Virus record (IMG/VR): IMGVR_UViG_3300042347_000200
Location: 1 to 36,904 of that record
DNA length: 36,904 nucleotides
Strand: one strand, 5' to 3'
Source: a virus
Lineage: Duplodnaviria; Caudoviricetes
Shown: piece by piece, positions 34,510 through 36,904 of the stretch
Layout: each line of letters starts with the position of its first letter
Position numbering within the stretch: position 1 is the first letter of the stretch
Made by a program: the position numbers and the translations under genes
The notes under the pieces: generated by a model
Database searches by the model: none
Seen by the model: the letters and a program-made list of their open reading frames with translations, nothing else
What the model was told of the DNA's origin: nothing

Positions 34510-35786
34510 CACCCTGCAACAACATCTAAAGGTTCCCATTCATCCGCTGTTTCATTTGGGTCGCCATAAATCGTGTCATGGAGATGCGCGATTAGGGAAA
34601 GCGCGTCGGCCCCGTCATCGTGAACCTTCTGTGAAGGGAACATTAGCAACTGATCCTTCAGCTTGTCATGGTTGCCGTCATCACTGAATATTATCCTGCC
34701 GTGTTCAAACCGGCCCTGCAATGCGAAGATCACGCGATTGGCAATTGCATCAACTCCTTTTTTGCTTGAACCGGAAGTCGATATTGCTTCAATGTGGGCA
34801 TATACATTGTTCTTCCTCTGAAGATCAGTAAGGTACGGCATCACCGCCCTCATCAAACTTCCTTTTTCTATCCCCACGCAGATAGGCTTGTATGTCCTGA
34901 TCGCCATGAGGATTCTCACAGCAGTTTCCCTTACATCCTTTCGGAACATATCAACCTTCTTTACCCACCATGTTCCCTCGTCAGTAATCTTCACCACCGC
35001 AATAGCTGTATCGTCCAAATGCTTCTTTTTATTCGGGTCGCTCACATCCTCGAATCCAGCCAGATCGACTGCGATGTAGTAACTCCCATTCTTCGGTTCA
35101 GGGCCAGACTTAAACCATTCTTCCTTGAATATGTCGGCCCCCATCGTATCAAACGAAGCCATGTATTCCTGCTTGAAGGCCATCGTACTCATTGAACGCT
35201 TTGCAGCTTCAATTTCAGACCGAGAGATTAATGGATTGTCGTACGTTGTGAGATGCCAGGACTTCCATTCTTCGTCAGTCCCGGCCATTCCAAGGTCGAA
35301 ATAATCACGGAATAAACTGATGCCAGGATTTGGCGTTCCAATGAATAGCGCAGTACCCTCCATATCCGAAAGTGCAGGCCGGATAATCAATTCCCAAACG
35401 TTATCCTTCATCATTTGCATCTCGTCTAGGGTGCAGTGGTACAACTTCATCCCTCGGAGTGAATCAGGAGAGTCAGCACCTCTGACGTAGATCGTTATCC
35501 CATTCACCAACTTAATCTCGCCATTATTCACATTAGATTTCGAGATAACCAACGCACCAAGCTCAAGCAGCAAATCCCAACACAAAACTCTCGCCATTCC
35601 CTGCGTCGGCGCGACGTACATCACCCCTGCATCTTTGCTTGGACATTCCAATGCCTTTATCAATGTATTAACAACAGAGAATCTAGTTTTACCACAACGT
35701 CTTCCGGCGACAATAGTCTTGAACCGAGAATTGTCCTTGATCGCCTCTTTTTGCCACGGAATGAAATCAAATCGTAATTCGCTCAT
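34506..35786 (-). CDS. terL: Terminase large subunit
   Basis: Walker A AGRRCGKT, YVAPT, SLRG..TLDE, IGTP, AVDLA and HDDGADAL. Confidence 0.95.
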   Translation of the reverse strand: MSELRFDFIPWQKEAIKDNSRFKTIVAGRRCGKTRFSVVNTLIKALECPSKDAGVMYVAPTQGMARVLCWDLLLELGALVISKSNVNNGEIKLVNGITIYVRGADSPDSLRGMKLYHCTLDEMQMMKDNVWELIIRPALSDMEGTALFIGTPNPGISLFRDYFDLGMAGTDEEWKSWHLTTYDNPLISRSEIEAAKRSMSTMAFKQEYMASFDTMGADIFKEEWFKSGPEPKNGSYYIAVDLAGFEDVSDPNKKKHLDDTAIAVVKITDEGTWWVKKVDMFRKDVRETAVRILMAIRTYKPICVGIEKGSLMRAVMPYLTDLQRKNNVYAHIEAISTSGSSKKGVDAIANRVIFALQGRFEHGRIIFSDDGNHDKLKDQLLMFPSQKVHDDGADALSLIAHLHDTIYGDPNETADEWEPLDVVAGC

Positions 35787-36268
35787 ACAACTTCCTGCGT
35801 ATCAACAACCAATCCTTCAACATCCTTAATATTCGGCGCAGCAATCCCTTTCAACTGCACATCACCAATCACAATTGTGATTCCGTTACTTCCAAACCCA
35901 CTCGCCCTCTCCTCCCGATCACCCCACTCCACCCGCGACATCTTCGCCGCCTGCTTCCCATACGTCTCCGCCTGCAACCTCGCCAGCGGCACACTCTCCA
36001 CACTCGCATCCCTCACTACCTGCAACCCCTCATACACCAATCCATCCGCGAAACACCTCTTCGCCAACTCCCACTCCGCCATCCTCTCAGCCTTCCCCTC
36101 CAACCACCGACGCATCACCATCCACGGCATCGCATTACTCCGCGCAATGTTCCTAGGGTCTTCACCCTCCGCTACCCGCGTCATTATCAGCGCCAATGCC
36201 CCTTCCTCGCCATGCTCAGCAATCATCCTGTCCATTCTCGCCCACCCTTCGTTTGTCAGTCTTCCCAT
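35783..36268 (-). CDS. terS: Putative terminase small subunit
   Basis: ATGA-coupled upstream of terL; HTH-like N-terminus and helical core; size. Confidence 0.65.
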   Translation of the reverse strand: MGRLTNEGWARMDRMIAEHGEEGALALIMTRVAEGEDPRNIARSNAMPWMVMRRWLEGKAERMAEWELAKRCFADGLVYEGLQVVRDASVESVPLARLQAETYGKQAAKMSRVEWGDREERASGFGSNGITIVIGDVQLKGIAAPNIKDVEGLVVDTQEVV

Positions 36269-36286
36269 GACTTAGCATAGCATTTT

Positions 36287-36295
36287 TGTGGATAA
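36287..36295 (-). promoter_or_regulatory. Consensus DnaA box
   Basis: TGTGGATAA, the reverse complement of TTATCCACA. Confidence 0.4.
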
Positions 36296-36691
36296 CTTTT
36301 GAATAGCCGTTTTGCGAGGGGATGGGTATGGCTAAAACTCACGCCCCAGCCGACTCAAAGCCCCCCCCCATCGAGCTAACGCTGCGCTGCACCATGCGCA
36401 GTGAGCACTAACCAACCAAGCCGACGACCATGCGAGCATCGCATCGCCCAGGGATACGCGACTAGGTATCGGCAGCTTGCCGGTATCGGATCACGCAGGC
36501 CAGCTCCCAGGTAGCGGCATCGTCTCCGACACATGCCAAGGATGCGCGCCAGCTTGCAGGCCGCCGATGCCACTCCGATGCCATAGCGTGCCCAGGGTGC
36601 GGCGATTACTGGAGAGGGGATAGAGCGCCTACATGTAGGTCGAACTCGGTACAGCGCCGCCTTGCATCAAGCACCATACGTTACCCGTATC

Positions 36692-36900
36692 ACGCTCCCT
36701 AACACTCCCTAATCTGATCTACACTCCCTAACACTCCCTAATCTGATCTACGCTCCCCAAGACTCCCCAAGTAGGGAGGGAGGGAAATAGGGAGGGAAAA
36801 AGGGAGGCAGGGAGGGACAGGGAGCGTATTACATTGGTGTTCGTATGCGCGTGTACGGAGGCTTATAGTAAAAGCACTCCCTTTGCCTCCCTGACTCCCT
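36692..36900. repeat. Iteron-like CTCCC/GGGAG repeat field, putative replication origin
   Basis: 29-bp tandem repeat (36692-36720 and 36721-36749) plus a partial third copy; six CTCCC face about six GGGAG; three more CTCCC at the window end. Confidence 0.7.
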
Positions 36901-36904
36901 AAAT

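Noticed and set aside
33895-34510. HNH gene as a twelfth cassette (ends in ATCTAAC) or as part of a group I intron
   Set aside because: The nearest upstream GTTAGCA matches only 5/7 and has no attC hairpin. terL and portal both appear uninterrupted, and the HNH is antisense.
36300-36690. tRNA, structured ncRNA or CDS (36376-36573) upstream of terS
   Set aside because: No cloverleaf or T-loop motif recognised, and the ORF lacks an RBS and motifs. tRNAscan-SE and an Rfam search would be needed to exclude an RNA.
1-36904. Integron integrase, phage integrase or CI repressor
   Set aside because: No ORF shows tyrosine-recombinase (R...HxxR...Y), serine-recombinase or S24 peptidase motifs. One could lie outside the window.

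Overview
The window looks like most of a tailed dsDNA phage genome with podovirus-like architecture; a Betaproteobacterial host is my inference only. The left ~15.5 kb holds mostly + strand early, replication and recombination genes: a DNA methyltransferase, a beta-clamp-like protein, RecE/RecT-like proteins, SSB and VRR-NUC. A P4-alpha-like primase-helicase and a small HTH lie on the - strand behind overlapping divergent sigma70 promoters. The right ~21 kb is a - strand late region: terS, terL, portal, scaffold, capsid, ejection proteins, tail proteins and a lysis block with embedded spanins. It also contains an antisense HNH-AP2 endonuclease and ends in an iteron-like CTCCC/GGGAG repeat field. 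The stand-out feature is 5179-9567, an array of 11 integron-type gene cassettes in the phage early operon. It has 11 complete attC-like hairpins (57-73 bp) and one terminal half-site. Each cassette is bounded by its own matching inverted core ends. All 11 ORFs run antisense to the canonical attC polarity but in the direction of the phage promoter. No integron integrase is present in the window. All 7 ORFs that cross a recombination site read its AAC in the same frame. Cargo includes two DNA methyltransferases. This suggests a shufflable phage accessory/anti-defence module mobilised by host IntI; that part is inference and untested.
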